In this document: positions 29,901-39,275 of the stretch, piece by piece
Numbering within the stretch: the stretch's first letter is position 1
How the letters are laid out: every line of letters begins with the position of its first letter
Program-made: the position numbers and the translations under genes
The notes under the pieces: generated by a model
Databases searched by the model: none
What the model was told of the DNA's origin: nothing
Seen by the model: only the letters and a program-made list of their open reading frames with translations
Origin: a virus
Lineage: Duplodnaviria; Caudoviricetes
Strand: one strand, 5' to 3'
DNA length: 64,000 nucleotides
Virus record (IMG/VR): IMGVR_UViG_3300037067_009225
Span: 49,907-113,906 of that record

Positions 29901-32900
29901 AACATTATCTGGTGTTACAAAAGGGTATGCTGGTATTGAAATTGATAGAGGCCAATTAACAAATTATAGATTTATTTTTGATGAAACTTCTGATACTTTT
30001 AAAGTTGGAGAAATTGGTGATTTACATTCAGTTGCCACAAGAGAAGATAACCCAACAGATGGTTATATTGCAGTTTGGAATAATTCTACATTTAGATTTG
30101 ATACATCTATTAATCCTGATATTTTTTCTTTAACTGGACATAATCATCAAATTAGTGATATTGAAAATTTACAAACAACACTTGATGGTAAATCTAATAC
30201 TGGTCACACACATACAGTATCATATATAACAGATATTGGCACATATTATTATGATAAAAATCAAACTAATACATTATTAAGTGGTTATACTTTAATTGGT
30301 CATACACATACAGTATCAAATATAACTGATATTAATACATATTATTATAACAAAACTAATATAAACAATTTATTATCTGGATATTCAGAAACTGGACATA
30401 CACACACAACAACAAGTATTACTGATTTATCATCATATAATAGTTTTACTGATTATTACACAAAAACTATTGTTGATACTTTATTAGCTGGAAAAGAAAA
30501 TACAGGTTCAACAACAAATTGGTCAAATATTATTTTTAGTGGATCAACTATTGCTGACATAGAAACAAGAAATTCATCTGATATATCATATGTATCTTCT
30601 GATTGGGGTACAACAAACGTTGATGATATGTTAACTAAAATTGGAAATTCATTAGAAAATTCACAAGGTTCGGGTAGAATTTATCCTGAAATTGTTTTGT
30701 TTGGAACTAATACTAATTTATTAGAAGTTAGTGGTGGTACTGGTATTATTGCATATGAAAATTTTTATTCTGCAATAACTTGGAATTATATATCTTTTGA
30801 TCTTAGTGGTTATACTGTTTCTGATACATATTATGTTTATGTTGATATTAATGGTACTGTTCAAATATCACAATCTATACCTAGTTGTCTAAATAATATA
30901 GTTCTTGGTAATTTTTATTGGAATTATTTTATTGGTGCTATACAACAATCTGCATATTTTATAGATAATTCAATGTCAAGAATGATGAATTGGTTTATAA
31001 AATTAGGTATGTTTATTTCAGATAATGGTGGAGCTATTCAATTATTAAATAGTGGAACAACAAAAATTATAAGTCCTACTTGTTATGTTGAATATGGATT
31101 ATTACAATTATATTTAACTGAAATTAGTACAAATGATGCTAGTTCTTTTAGATTCATGTTCAACTACATGTCTGATGATGAAGGTGTTAATCTTGATTTT
31201 TTTCAAGCATTAATGACAGATGGTAGTATTAACACAACATATTGGAATGATATAACAGAAAACACATATAATGTATTAACTGGTTATACTGTAACATTTA
31301 CATATAATAGTTCAATAGCTACTTGTAGTTCTAATTTATCTGGAATTTTAAGTGATGATTGTTATGTATATTTAGAAACTGATACTTACATTTATATGAA
31401 TAGAGTTACTGGTATAACTTGGACTGGTTCAGAAACACAAATAGAATTAATTATGCCATATCAGGGTACTGGTGGTAGTGGAACTTTAATTTATGATACA
31501 GCTTTAAAAACAATACCAAGTGGGAAATGGGTTAAAGGTCTTGTTCTTAGAACAATAGATGATAAATTAGCTTATATTTCACCACAATCATATTATGATA
31601 CTGAAGAAGAAGCTTTAAACTCTAATGTTCCATCATTAGAAGCACCATTAGATTCAACAACAATAAAAATGGCATATATTGTTTATAGTGGTGGTACAAC
31701 AAGTTTTGATAATAAAATATATGATATTAGACCTTTACCATTTCATTATAGATCAACTGGTGGTGGTAGTGGTGGCGGTGGTGTTGTAACATCACACACT
31801 TCTTTGTCTGATTTAGGTAATGATGATCACTTACAATATCTTAGAACAGATGGTACAAGAAATATAAGTGGTATACAAAAATATAGTAGTCATCTAACTT
31901 TTAGTAACGATACTGACATTGTTGATAAAAAATATATTGATGATAGTTTATTATTAAAAGCAAATTCAGCACATACACACATAACATCTAATATTACAGA
32001 TTTATCAACATATGATAGTTTTTCTAATTATTATCTTAAAACTGAAATAAATAATTTCTTTAGTGGTACTACAACAATAAGTGGTTATAATAAAACAAAT
32101 TGGGATACAGCTTATACTAATAATCATACACATTCTAACAAATCATATTTAGATGCTGTTGGTAATAATACTATTTATCATGTTGGAAATATTAACACAA
32201 GTGATTTTAATTTAACTACTGATAAATTAACTATACACACTGAAATAGGTGCATCAAGTATAATATCAGGTGGAAATAATGGAAATAATTCATTATGTTT
32301 AGATAGTACTGGTGGTACATTTGAAATTAATACATATTCATCTGACAATGTATATATTGCTACTGGTGGTGGTAATGTTGCTATTGGTAATCCAGTTTTT
32401 GATGTTTTAAACCCTGAAAGATTTCTTGTTAGAAGTTATACAGAAACAAAAAATATAATTAGTGCTTATGCTGATAGTGATGATTATATTCAATTAAATA
32501 TAAAAAACTTTTATACTGGTGAATATGCATCATCTGATTTAGTTGCAACTAATAATATAGGAACAGAAAGTGATATGTATGTTGATTTAGGTATAAATTC
32601 TTCAATATATAATGATACTGATTATTCTATAGTTGGTGGTAATGATTCATATTTAATTGCAAATGGTGGTAATTTAGCTATTGGTACTGCATCTACAGGA
32701 AAAACTCTTTTATTTTTCACTAATGGTACTACATATTCTGATGAAAAAATGAGAATAGATTCTGTTGGTCATGTTACAATTCAAAATGATTTAACTGTGA
32801 GTGGTATTACATTAATTGGCAATCAAACAACAACTGGTTCATTATTTATTTCGGGTGTTACTGGATTATATAATACACTTTATGTTGCTGGTGCATCAAC

Positions 32901-34242
32901 AATTAATAATAGTTTATCTGTTCTTAGTTTAAACGTAGACACAGATTCAATTATTAATGGATTATTAACAGTAAATGATGAAACAAACATAAATTCTAAT
33001 CTTTATGTAAGTGGTACTTTAATAGTAACAGGAAACACATCATTTTATTCACCTGTAAATATTAATAATACATTAACAACAGGATATTTATCTGTAACAG
33101 GAAATACTGTAATTGGTGGAACATTAAGAGTTAGTGGTTCTACTAATTTAGTTAGTACTCTTAATGTTTCTGGTGCAACAATAATATATAATTCTTTAAC
33201 TGCTAATAGTGCCAACATAATTGGAAATGTTGATATTGGTGGAAATTTACACACAACAGGTTCAACTTATTTATATAACACATTAGATATAAGTGGAAAT
33301 ACATCAATTTATAATAATTTAAATGTATCTGATGATTTAAAAATAACAGGTGATTCTTTTATTACTGGTTCTACACATTTGGGTAATGTTCAATCTGGAT
33401 TTACACAAGATAATTTAGATTTTACACCATCAGCAACACCATTAGCAACCACAAATACTACATATACATATATAACTGTTTATGGTATAGAAGCACCTGA
33501 TTTATCAAATATAACACAATGGACTGTTAATTGGGATTTATCATCTAATAGTCTTTATAATTTTTCTATAAACACTAATGATGGTGTACCTAATTGGTAT
33601 GTTGATTTATTAACATATTCTACTCAAACATTTAATCAATCTTATCCAAGTGTAATATTTAGTGGTGTTGGTATAACTAATTTGGATGGTGAATATTGGG
33701 TTAAAAAAGCATCAGGAAATATAATATTTATTTCTAAAACAGGAAATTTCACAATATATTTATCAACAACAAGTGTTTCATATGTTACTCCAACTTTTAT
33801 ATCAAATTTTATAGCAATGGATGCAACTAATAGAATAGTTGATACTGGTATAAAAGCTCATTTATATGGTTCTATATTTAAATATATTCAAGATTTAACA
33901 CAAACAACAACAACATCTCAAAACCCAACTTATCACACCAAATTATCATTAGCAACTGGTGTTATACCATCAGGTATTTATAAAATAACAGCAAGTTATG
34001 CTATGAATAAGAATGTTTCTAATTCTGATATGTTACAAAGGGTTCAAGTTGATGGTGTAAATCTTGGTGGTATTCATAATCATGAATTAAGTGATACAAC
34101 CACTTGGCTATATAATACAAGAGTTATGATGATAACATTTTCAACAACAACAACACATACTATAAATTTACAATTTTCGCAAGAAGCTGCTGGTACACTA
34201 AATATGAGAGATTGCACATTAGAAATAATTAGAGTTCAATAA
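26989..34242 (+). CDS. large tail fibre / receptor-binding protein (2417 aa)
   Basis: FNSIQSAID pectin-lyase-like entry, T/S/G/N-rich, multiple HxH motifs (GHTHT), internal ~460-aa duplication, beta-helix-like LxVxG repeats. Confidence 0.75.
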   Translation: MIREVFIVKNNITSDVELKDFGYIIPSGQTVELQDYNKAVLSDELYNYLSGNTLIRIIDNNEVSFENSYDVVTNNYFEESYKEISVAKSGATFNSIQSAIDSISGATTNNRYVINVGVGDYIENIILKDYVIVQGISQSTVRIYGNLTVQSGSTGYCKIKDVQFITYDESTAVLNTSGTIIISDVTLNSIWSGTTQNKYVVDLQKGDIQIIGKSTLILTDSYLGVENTTNFIFNINGNDIVKMLAINIICTKNVYNDNNLIGNVNNTNTNSETCVKIRNSTFQTLLYGLNSNNIIYDIFHSGASCITEIYNTAFDTDIINDENATIKYISAYNSYSQGYGSTINIISSKISWCDIIDDSDIYIGASISDIDIVKIINCTYNTYNDTLPTIYTNDGNSGFTYYSINNGVGTYYVNDKLVTNNILIGGINSIVISNVLDILSGYSTSSLVTENGIRNFYQNGVSEIIFTNTGWTNTTQTVESFLEDLTEYTEQTNGSGVNDQYNLLFGAETSTVTISGGTGYINYLHFHKKITWNTTQIVVSGYTDDLYHVYIDSNVNINISNTEPNKYQNIYLGMFYYSGGKIVNIVDISLKLNNSMNLALDSMTNLGMFIYDNGGNVQALTANTLQIYSSPCKAQFGFTKYDLSYIDSTNTTTFKFVFTYETSNIGFQVDFYRMFNPTKLGEIYTDRYNDQYGVADVELSGITATFTTNSNLVTSSSDLTSLLNDDYYIYFVDDTSLYMTPISSVTWNGSTTTITLESEYLGSGGTGSVYYNSCLPKIPTDEYIKHLIIRQTNDTLVLVMSQLTFNTDSEAISGPIPEPPTYLEKFIIKMASIVTKQGDTTLVGKIYDIRPLPFLYSTLSGSGGGVSSHSALSDLGNDDHLQYLRTDGTRNITDIISYNNNNKTFLTDTDIISKKYVDDGLDEKSDSGHTHTIINNSLIISGDLTVSGTTTFINTEDLNVFDNMIYINSGETLSGVTKGYAGIEIDRGQLTNYRFIFDETSDTFKVGEIGDLHSVATREDNPTDGYIAVWNNSTFRFDTSINPDIFSLTGHNHQISDIENLQTTLDGKSNTGHTHTVSYITDIGTYYYDKNQTNTLLSGYTLIGHTHTVSNITDINTYYYNKTNINNLLSGYSETGHTHTTTSITDLSSYNSFTDYYTKTIVDTLLAGKENTGSTTNWSNIIFSGSTIADIETRNSSDISYVSSDWGTTNVDDMLTKIGNSLENSQGSGRIYPEIVLFGTNTNLLEVSGGTGIIAYENFYSAITWNYISFDLSGYTVSDTYYVYVDINGTVQISQSIPSCLNNIVLGNFYWNYFIGAIQQSAYFIDNSMSRMMNWFIKLGMFISDNGGAIQLLNSGTTKIISPTCYVEYGLLQLYLTEISTNDASSFRFMFNYMSDDEGVNLDFFQALMTDGSINTTYWNDITENTYNVLTGYTVTFTYNSSIATCSSNLSGILSDDCYVYLETDTYIYMNRVTGITWTGSETQIELIMPYQGTGGSGTLIYDTALKTIPSGKWVKGLVLRTIDDKLAYISPQSYYDTEEEALNSNVPSLEAPLDSTTIKMAYIVYSGGTTSFDNKIYDIRPLPFHYRSTGGGSGGGGVVTSHTSLSDLGNDDHLQYLRTDGTRNISGIQKYSSHLTFSNDTDIVDKKYIDDSLLLKANSAHTHITSNITDLSTYDSFSNYYLKTEINNFFSGTTTISGYNKTNWDTAYTNNHTHSNKSYLDAVGNNTIYHVGNINTSDFNLTTDKLTIHTEIGASSIISGGNNGNNSLCLDSTGGTFEINTYSSDNVYIATGGGNVAIGNPVFDVLNPERFLVRSYTETKNIISAYADSDDYIQLNIKNFYTGEYASSDLVATNNIGTESDMYVDLGINSSIYNDTDYSIVGGNDSYLIANGGNLAIGTASTGKTLLFFTNGTTYSDEKMRIDSVGHVTIQNDLTVSGITLIGNQTTTGSLFISGVTGLYNTLYVAGASTINNSLSVLSLNVDTDSIINGLLTVNDETNINSNLYVSGTLIVTGNTSFYSPVNINNTLTTGYLSVTGNTVIGGTLRVSGSTNLVSTLNVSGATIIYNSLTANSANIIGNVDIGGNLHTTGSTYLYNTLDISGNTSIYNNLNVSDDLKITGDSFITGSTHLGNVQSGFTQDNLDFTPSATPLATTNTTYTYITVYGIEAPDLSNITQWTVNWDLSSNSLYNFSINTNDGVPNWYVDLLTYSTQTFNQSYPSVIFSGVGITNLDGEYWVKKASGNIIFISKTGNFTIYLSTTSVSYVTPTFISNFIAMDATNRIVDTGIKAHLYGSIFKYIQDLTQTTTTSQNPTYHTKLSLATGVIPSGIYKITASYAMNKNVSNSDMLQRVQVDGVNLGGIHNHELSDTTTWLYNTRVMMITFSTTTTHTINLQFSQEAAGTLNMRDCTLEIIRVQ
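29608..31867 (+). repeat. near-identical 58-bp repeat (29608-29665 and 31810-31867) within duplicated fibre modules
   Basis: Both encode DLGNDDHLQYLRTDGTRNI; two synonymous mismatches. Confidence 0.85.
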
Positions 34243-34261
34243 ATAAAATAAAAAATGAAAA

Positions 34262-35005
34262 ATGAAAAAATATTTATTAGCATATCAAATAATTAAACAA
34301 GTAGAAGATCAAACAATTAAACAAACTGTTGGTGTTGATTTAGAAAATTGGGATGAAAAAGATTTAAATAATAATGTATCATTTCAATTAATTTATAGTG
34401 GTCAAACAATACCAGAAAATTATATTAATATTAGTTCAATTAAAAATTGGCATTTATATGGTGCTAATGTATCTAATGATTATTTAGTTTATAAAAATGC
34501 AATAAAAGATATAGTTGAGAAAAATGGTTGGTTAAATTTATCTAACGAAGAAAAAGATTTAGCTATACAATATTATTCTTATACTAATCCAACAGAAGCT
34601 GTTATCTATTTAATGACAGTAAAAGGATATAATCAACAACAAGCTCAATATTTTTTATTAGAACAATGGCATAAACACCACGCTAATTTAATTGTTGCAT
34701 GTAAACAAAGATGGTATTATGCTAAACTTGTTGTTCCTATGTTTTTATCTTTTACCGATTCAGAAGATTTATTAAATACAGTTGAACCTTTAATTTTTGC
34801 ATATGTAGATATGGGTAGATTAGGTATAAATTATGGTGATAAAAAAGATGGTATAATGGATTATATTGAATCTACAAATATGTTTTTTGAACAAGGTTTA
34901 AAAGAAAATAATTATACACTTTTAATGGGAACATGGGATATATTTATTGAAAATATGAAGAATGTTTTTATCGAAGGAATATATAATAAATATGATAATG
35001 TTTAA
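34262..35005 (+). CDS. hypothetical protein (possible fibre chaperone/accessory)
   Basis: Directly downstream of the fibre gene. Confidence 0.5.
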   Translation: MKKYLLAYQIIKQVEDQTIKQTVGVDLENWDEKDLNNNVSFQLIYSGQTIPENYINISSIKNWHLYGANVSNDYLVYKNAIKDIVEKNGWLNLSNEEKDLAIQYYSYTNPTEAVIYLMTVKGYNQQQAQYFLLEQWHKHHANLIVACKQRWYYAKLVVPMFLSFTDSEDLLNTVEPLIFAYVDMGRLGINYGDKKDGIMDYIESTNMFFEQGLKENNYTLLMGTWDIFIENMKNVFIEGIYNKYDNV

Positions 35006-35022
35006 AAATTAATAAATAAAAT

Positions 35023-35286
35023 ATGACTAAAATTAGAAGTAATTTTTTAGAAATAATATTAAAAGAAATTTTTACTGGTAAAATAATATATAATGATAAC
35101 GGTGAAAAAATTATAATTTCTGATATTAATTATCAACCAATATTACAAGAAGTATATATAAAAGATGAAAATAATAACGGTTATAAACTTTCTTTAAATT
35201 TAAATTACGAATTTGATTTAAATTTAAATAATTTAGAAAGAATTAAACCAAATAAAGGGAAAATTAAAAGTAAAAATAAAATATGA
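35023..35286 (+). CDS. hypothetical protein
   Basis: 87-aa ORF with ATGA overlap to the next gene. Confidence 0.55.
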   Translation: MTKIRSNFLEIILKEIFTGKIIYNDNGEKIIISDINYQPILQEVYIKDENNNGYKLSLNLNYEFDLNLNNLERIKPNKGKIKSKNKI

Positions 35287-35984
35287 AATTTCTATTACCA
35301 ATAAATGAATTTGTTAAAAATGAAAAATTTACATTTTATTTAATTAATAAAATGGTAGAAGATATTAAATTAAAATTTAATATGGAAGATGAAGATATTT
35401 ATATAGAAAGAAATAGAAATACTAAACATGAAATTACTTTTATAAATATTTATATTGAAGATATATTAGAAAAAGATATAAAAAATATAGATATTTTTTT
35501 AAATAAATATATTAAAATATTTGAAAAAAATGAATTATTATTAACATATAGAAAAAAAAGAGTTGAATTTTTAAAAAAAGTTAGATATAAATATGATATA
35601 TTGATAAAAAGCGATAAATTACAAAGAATAAAACCACCAAAATATGTTTATCACTCAACCAAAGAAAAAAATATTGATGATATATTATTAAATGGTTTAA
35701 TACCAAAATCTGGTAATCAATGGAATATTGAGTTAGAATATAAACCTGCAATATTTGCAACAAGAAATATAAATCATACATGGAAACATTTTGGAAATAA
35801 TGTTTTATTACAAATAGATACAGAAAATTTAGATAATAAATGGTATATTGATTTAAATTTAAATGATTATAATTATCCTAATGATCCAGATAAAGATTTT
35901 ATAATGACTTATGAACCTATACCTAAAGAAAATATTAGATTACTATCTAATGAAGAAAAAGAAGAAATAAAAAAAGCCAGATAA
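35283..35984 (+). CDS. ADP-ribosyltransferase-fold (Tpt1/KptA-like) protein with CTS-like N-terminus
   Basis: YVYHST...ILLNGLIP...PAIFAT...VLLQID...FIMTYEPIPKENI; starts MKFLLPINEFVKNE. Confidence 0.6.
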   Translation: MKFLLPINEFVKNEKFTFYLINKMVEDIKLKFNMEDEDIYIERNRNTKHEITFINIYIEDILEKDIKNIDIFLNKYIKIFEKNELLLTYRKKRVEFLKKVRYKYDILIKSDKLQRIKPPKYVYHSTKEKNIDDILLNGLIPKSGNQWNIELEYKPAIFATRNINHTWKHFGNNVLLQIDTENLDNKWYIDLNLNDYNYPNDPDKDFIMTYEPIPKENIRLLSNEEKEEIKKAR

Positions 35985-36000
35985 ATTATCTGGCTTTTTT
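35970..36000. terminator. bidirectional intrinsic terminator
   Basis: AAAAAGCCAGATAA/TTATCTGGCTTTTT palindrome between convergent genes. Confidence 0.8.
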
Positions 36001-36002
36001 AA

Positions 36003-36290
36003 TTATTTTTGTTCAGGTTGTTCAGGTACTACTTCTACTTCTGGTACATTATCTGAATCAACCATTGGAACATCACCAGGATCAACCATAACATCATCCA
36101 AATCAATATCAACATTAATATCATTAGCATCAACGATATTTTCTTGTGTAGCTTTAGGCATGTTTTCTTTTAACATTTTTTGAAATGCTTCAATTCTCTT
36201 TTTTTCAAAAGCTTTTTTAGCATGTTCTACCATCATACTGTAATGTTGTGCTTTTCTCTTTCTTTTTGGGTCTTTTCTACTTTTAGCCAT
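36003..36290 (-). CDS. hypothetical protein (basic N-terminus, acidic tail)
   Basis: MAKSRKDPKRKRK... with a D/E/P/V-rich tail. Confidence 0.6.
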   Translation of the reverse strand: MAKSRKDPKRKRKAQHYSMMVEHAKKAFEKKRIEAFQKMLKENMPKATQENIVDANDINVDIDLDDVMVDPGDVPMVDSDNVPEVEVVPEQPEQK

Positions 36291-36325
36291 AATTTATTTA
36301 TTTATTTTATTTTTAATATTTATTT

Positions 36326-36499
36326 TTAACCAAGATAACACTTTACTACTATACCTTTTTTTATTTCAAAATTTAATCTATCACTTCTTAAATCACAAGT
36401 TGTTGCAAATGAAACACCATCTTTTTTAACAATTCTATAATCATCTGCTATAAGAATTGCATCTTCTATTTTCATATTAATGTATTCTTCACAATTCAT
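36326..36499 (-). CDS. 57-aa serine-protease-inhibitor-like protein (potato inhibitor I / I78 pattern); not in ORF track
   Basis: MNCEEYINMKIEDAILIADDYRIVKKDGVSFATTCDLRSDRLNFEIKKGIVVKCYLG: TxDxRxDR reactive-loop motif and terminal Gly. Confidence 0.65.
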   Translation of the reverse strand: MNCEEYINMKIEDAILIADDYRIVKKDGVSFATTCDLRSDRLNFEIKKGIVVKCYLG

Positions 36500-36541
36500 T
36501 TAAAAGATTTTTATTTTTATATACTAAAAAATATAATTTGT

Positions 36542-36820
36542 TTAATTTATTTTATATTTTTTTAATAATCCTTGTTTATCAGGTATATTTTTTTCTATAA
36601 ACTTAATCAATAAAAATAGATTTTCATATTCATATATATCATTCAAATTAAAATCTTTTAAAAAATCTTGATCTATAACAATTCTAAAATTATCTTTATT
36701 ATCAAACCAATATATTAATTCATAAATCTTATTTTTTATTTTTAAAGAAAATAAAATTGCAACACCACCTTTAATTTCACCCATTAAATCTATAACAGAA
36801 ATTGAAACAGCTTGACTCAT
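36542..36820 (-). CDS. hypothetical protein
   Basis: 92-aa ORF divergent from the gp25-like gene. Confidence 0.55.
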   Translation of the reverse strand: MSQAVSISVIDLMGEIKGGVAILFSLKIKNKIYELIYWFDNKDNFRIVIDQDFLKDFNLNDIYEYENLFLLIKFIEKNIPDKQGLLKKYKIN

Positions 36821-36877
36821 TAATTGGATTTTTATTTTTTAATATATATTAATAAAATGAGGACTAATTAAAAAAAT

Positions 36878-37249
36878 ATGGCAATAAAAGATTATAAAGA
36901 AATTAATATTAGATATCAAGGACATCCAAAATTTTTATCTACTAAAGTTATAGAAGATAATATCATTGAAGTTATTATACAAAAATTAGAAATGATATTA
37001 TTCACAAGAAAAGGTTCTGTTATTGGTGATTCAGATTTTGGTTGTGATATAGAATTTTATTTGTGGCAAACAAGAGTTCCAGCTAATATTATAAAAAAGA
37101 ATATTCAAGACCAAATAATAAAATATATTCCAGAATTAACAAGTATGGAATATACTATAACAATAGATTTATATAACGGTACACTTAGAGATATAATGTA
37201 TGTAAATGTGATAATTAAAGATTTTAGTGTTAATTTCATTTTTCAGTAA
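36878..37249 (+). CDS. gp25-like baseplate wedge / sheath initiator
   Basis: ILFTRKGSVIGDSDFGCDIEFYLW...QIIKYIPE matches the GPW/gp25 pattern. Confidence 0.75.
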   Translation: MAIKDYKEINIRYQGHPKFLSTKVIEDNIIEVIIQKLEMILFTRKGSVIGDSDFGCDIEFYLWQTRVPANIIKKNIQDQIIKYIPELTSMEYTITIDLYNGTLRDIMYVNVIIKDFSVNFIFQ

Positions 37250-37362
37250 TTTTATATTAATTCTACAATTTTAATAATTTTTTTATATTATTAATAATCA
37301 ATTTTTTATGAAAAAATAGACTTTAAATATTTAATATATAGTAATAAAAATAAAATTTTTTT

Positions 37363-37884
37363 ATGAATTTTGGTACTAAAAAGAAAGAAGAAGATATTAC
37401 AAAAATATTTACATCAGATATTATTGAAAATATCATAGATAGAGAAAATAAAGGTTTTCAAATAAAAAGAATAGAAAAAATTTGGTTTAAAAATCTTAGT
37501 GGTATAAGAGCTCCATATCTTAAATTTTCTATGACTAAAGAAGAAATTGCTGAATATACAAAATGTAAATTAAGTGTTCATTATTTTGCTGAAAAATACT
37601 GTCATATTAAAAGAGAAGATGGTTCTATTGGGCCAATGAAGCTTCGTGAATATCAAAAGGATATTATTGATTTATATACTAAGAATAGCAGAGCTATTCT
37701 AATGGCGAGTAGACAAAGTGGTAAGTGTGTGACTTTCAATACTTTAATAGAAATAAATTTAGATGGTCAATATTTAAAAACAACAATTGGTGAATTTTAT
37801 TACGAAATACTTTCTCAATTTAGAAAATTAACAAAATTGGAAAAAATTAAACTTTTTTTATATAAAATTTTATCAAAAATATAA
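37363..37884 (+). CDS. terL: terminase large subunit N-terminal fragment fused to the split-intein N-part
   Basis: YFAEKYCHI, LREYQ (Q motif), MASRQSGK (Walker A truncated before Thr), then CVTFNT intein block A. Confidence 0.88.
   Translation: MNFGTKKKEEDITKIFTSDIIENIIDRENKGFQIKRIEKIWFKNLSGIRAPYLKFSMTKEEIAEYTKCKLSVHYFAEKYCHIKREDGSIGPMKLREYQKDIIDLYTKNSRAILMASRQSGKCVTFNTLIEINLDGQYLKTTIGEFYYEILSQFRKLTKLEKIKLFLYKILSKI
37726..37884 (+). other. split intein N-fragment (52 aa)
   Basis: Begins with Cys1 directly after Walker A GK: CVTFNTLIEI...TIGEFY; ends at a stop codon. Confidence 0.85.
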
Positions 37885-37885
37885 A

Positions 37886-38776
37886 TCATGTTATTTTTGG
37901 ATAAAATATATCTAACCATTTATTTTTTAATGCAGATGCATATGCACTTCCAGATTTATTTTTAAATTCACTTCTACTATTATATTTAGTGGACTCATTT
38001 TTACAATTTTTAAATGTCCATTTAATATTGTTACCACCCACACTTCCTGTTTTTGCGATATTTATCATTATATAATTTCTTTCTTTAAATTTATTTAAAT
38101 ATATTTCTTCATACTTAATAGCATCATCTAAATTTATATATTGTGTTAATTTAAAAAAACGTGGTTTTAATTTAGTTTTTTTAATATATTTAAAAACCGA
38201 AGATTTATAACTTGTTAAGTGTTGATTAATTCTTTGTTCAAAATTATATGTTAAACCAACATAAGCGTGTTTATCATGAAATATAACAACATAGACCATT
38301 CTACGCATTTTATTTCCCACAATTGGCATATGTGAACATATTTCATTTAACCAATTATTTCTATATGCTGAATTATATGCACTATTTGATAATATATAAA
38401 ATTCACTTTTTGTTTTATACTTTAAAGCTTCTTTTTTACAATTTTCAAAAGTCCAATCATTATTTAATATCATATGTGAACATATATCATTTATCCAGTT
38501 ATTTTTTAATGATATTGCATATGAACTTTTTGAGTTTTTCTTAAATTCATTTTTAGTATTATATTTTAATGCTTCTTCTTGACATCTTTCTTTTGTCCAA
38601 AATCCATTATGATGTCTTTTAATTATCATATGTGAACAAATTTGAGATAACCAATTGTTTATTAAAGCTTTTTTATATGCACTACGTGAATTATTTTTAA
38701 AATCTATTTTTGTGTTATAATTTAACGCTTCTTGTTGACATTTATCAAAAGTCCAATAATTATTTGGTTTTTTCAT
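37886..38776 (-). CDS. GIY-YIG homing endonuclease inserted antisense between the terL halves
   Basis: MVYVV...AYVGLTYNFEQRINQH; repeated WTxxxCxxEAxxYxxK..F...SAY...NNW...ICSHM modules. Confidence 0.8.
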   Translation of the reverse strand: MKKPNNYWTFDKCQQEALNYNTKIDFKNNSRSAYKKALINNWLSQICSHMIIKRHHNGFWTKERCQEEALKYNTKNEFKKNSKSSYAISLKNNWINDICSHMILNNDWTFENCKKEALKYKTKSEFYILSNSAYNSAYRNNWLNEICSHMPIVGNKMRRMVYVVIFHDKHAYVGLTYNFEQRINQHLTSYKSSVFKYIKKTKLKPRFFKLTQYINLDDAIKYEEIYLNKFKERNYIMINIAKTGSVGGNNIKWTFKNCKNESTKYNSRSEFKNKSGSAYASALKNKWLDIFYPKIT

Positions 38777-38790
38777 ATTTAGACTATTTA

Positions 38791-38810
38791 TTTTTAATAT
38801 ATATTAAAAA
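38791..38810. promoter_or_regulatory. perfect palindrome giving a late-type promoter motif on both strands
   Basis: TTTTTAATATATATTAAAAA is its own reverse complement and is centred between the starts at 38776(-) and 38826(+). Confidence 0.55.
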
Positions 38811-38825
38811 AATAAGGTTCTAAAA

Positions 38826-39275
38826 ATGAGTTTATTAAAAAAAATAATATTATTTTTAATTGAATTAATAGAAAAATTTGAATATAGAAATCAAAAAAAT
38901 TTATATAATCAAGAAACTGAATTAAATAAAATATTAAATATATTACCCATATCTGATATCACAATTAAAACAGATTATGGATATGTACCTATATCAGAAA
39001 TAAATTTAACTAAACCATATCAAATTTATAAAGTAGAATTAGAAAATGGAGATTTATTAGAATGTGCAGATACACACATTATTTTCACAAAAAATCATGA
39101 GGCAAAATTTGTAAAAGATTTGACTCTTAATGATTATGTTTTATGTAAAGAAAATTTTATTGATGGTATAAAAGTTAAGAACATTAAAAAAATTAATCAT
39201 AAAGTATCTATGTTTGATTTAACTATAAACACACCTGAAATGAGTTATTATTCAAATAATATACTTTCTCATAAC
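38826..39275 (+). other. split intein C-fragment (150 aa)
   Basis: Contains block B (LECADTHIIF), block F (MFDLTI) and block G (YYSNNILSHN); Thr+1 at 39276. Confidence 0.85.

Noticed and set aside
26989-34242. Diversity-generating retroelement acting on the fibre
   Set aside because: No reverse transcriptase in the window, and the repeat pair is internal with only two synonymous differences, not an adenine-specific TR/VR pattern
37885-38825. Group I intron interrupting terL
   Set aside because: No room for a ribozyme core (the endonuclease ORF fills the gap), the ORF is antisense, and both flanks carry intein motifs with their own stop and start codons
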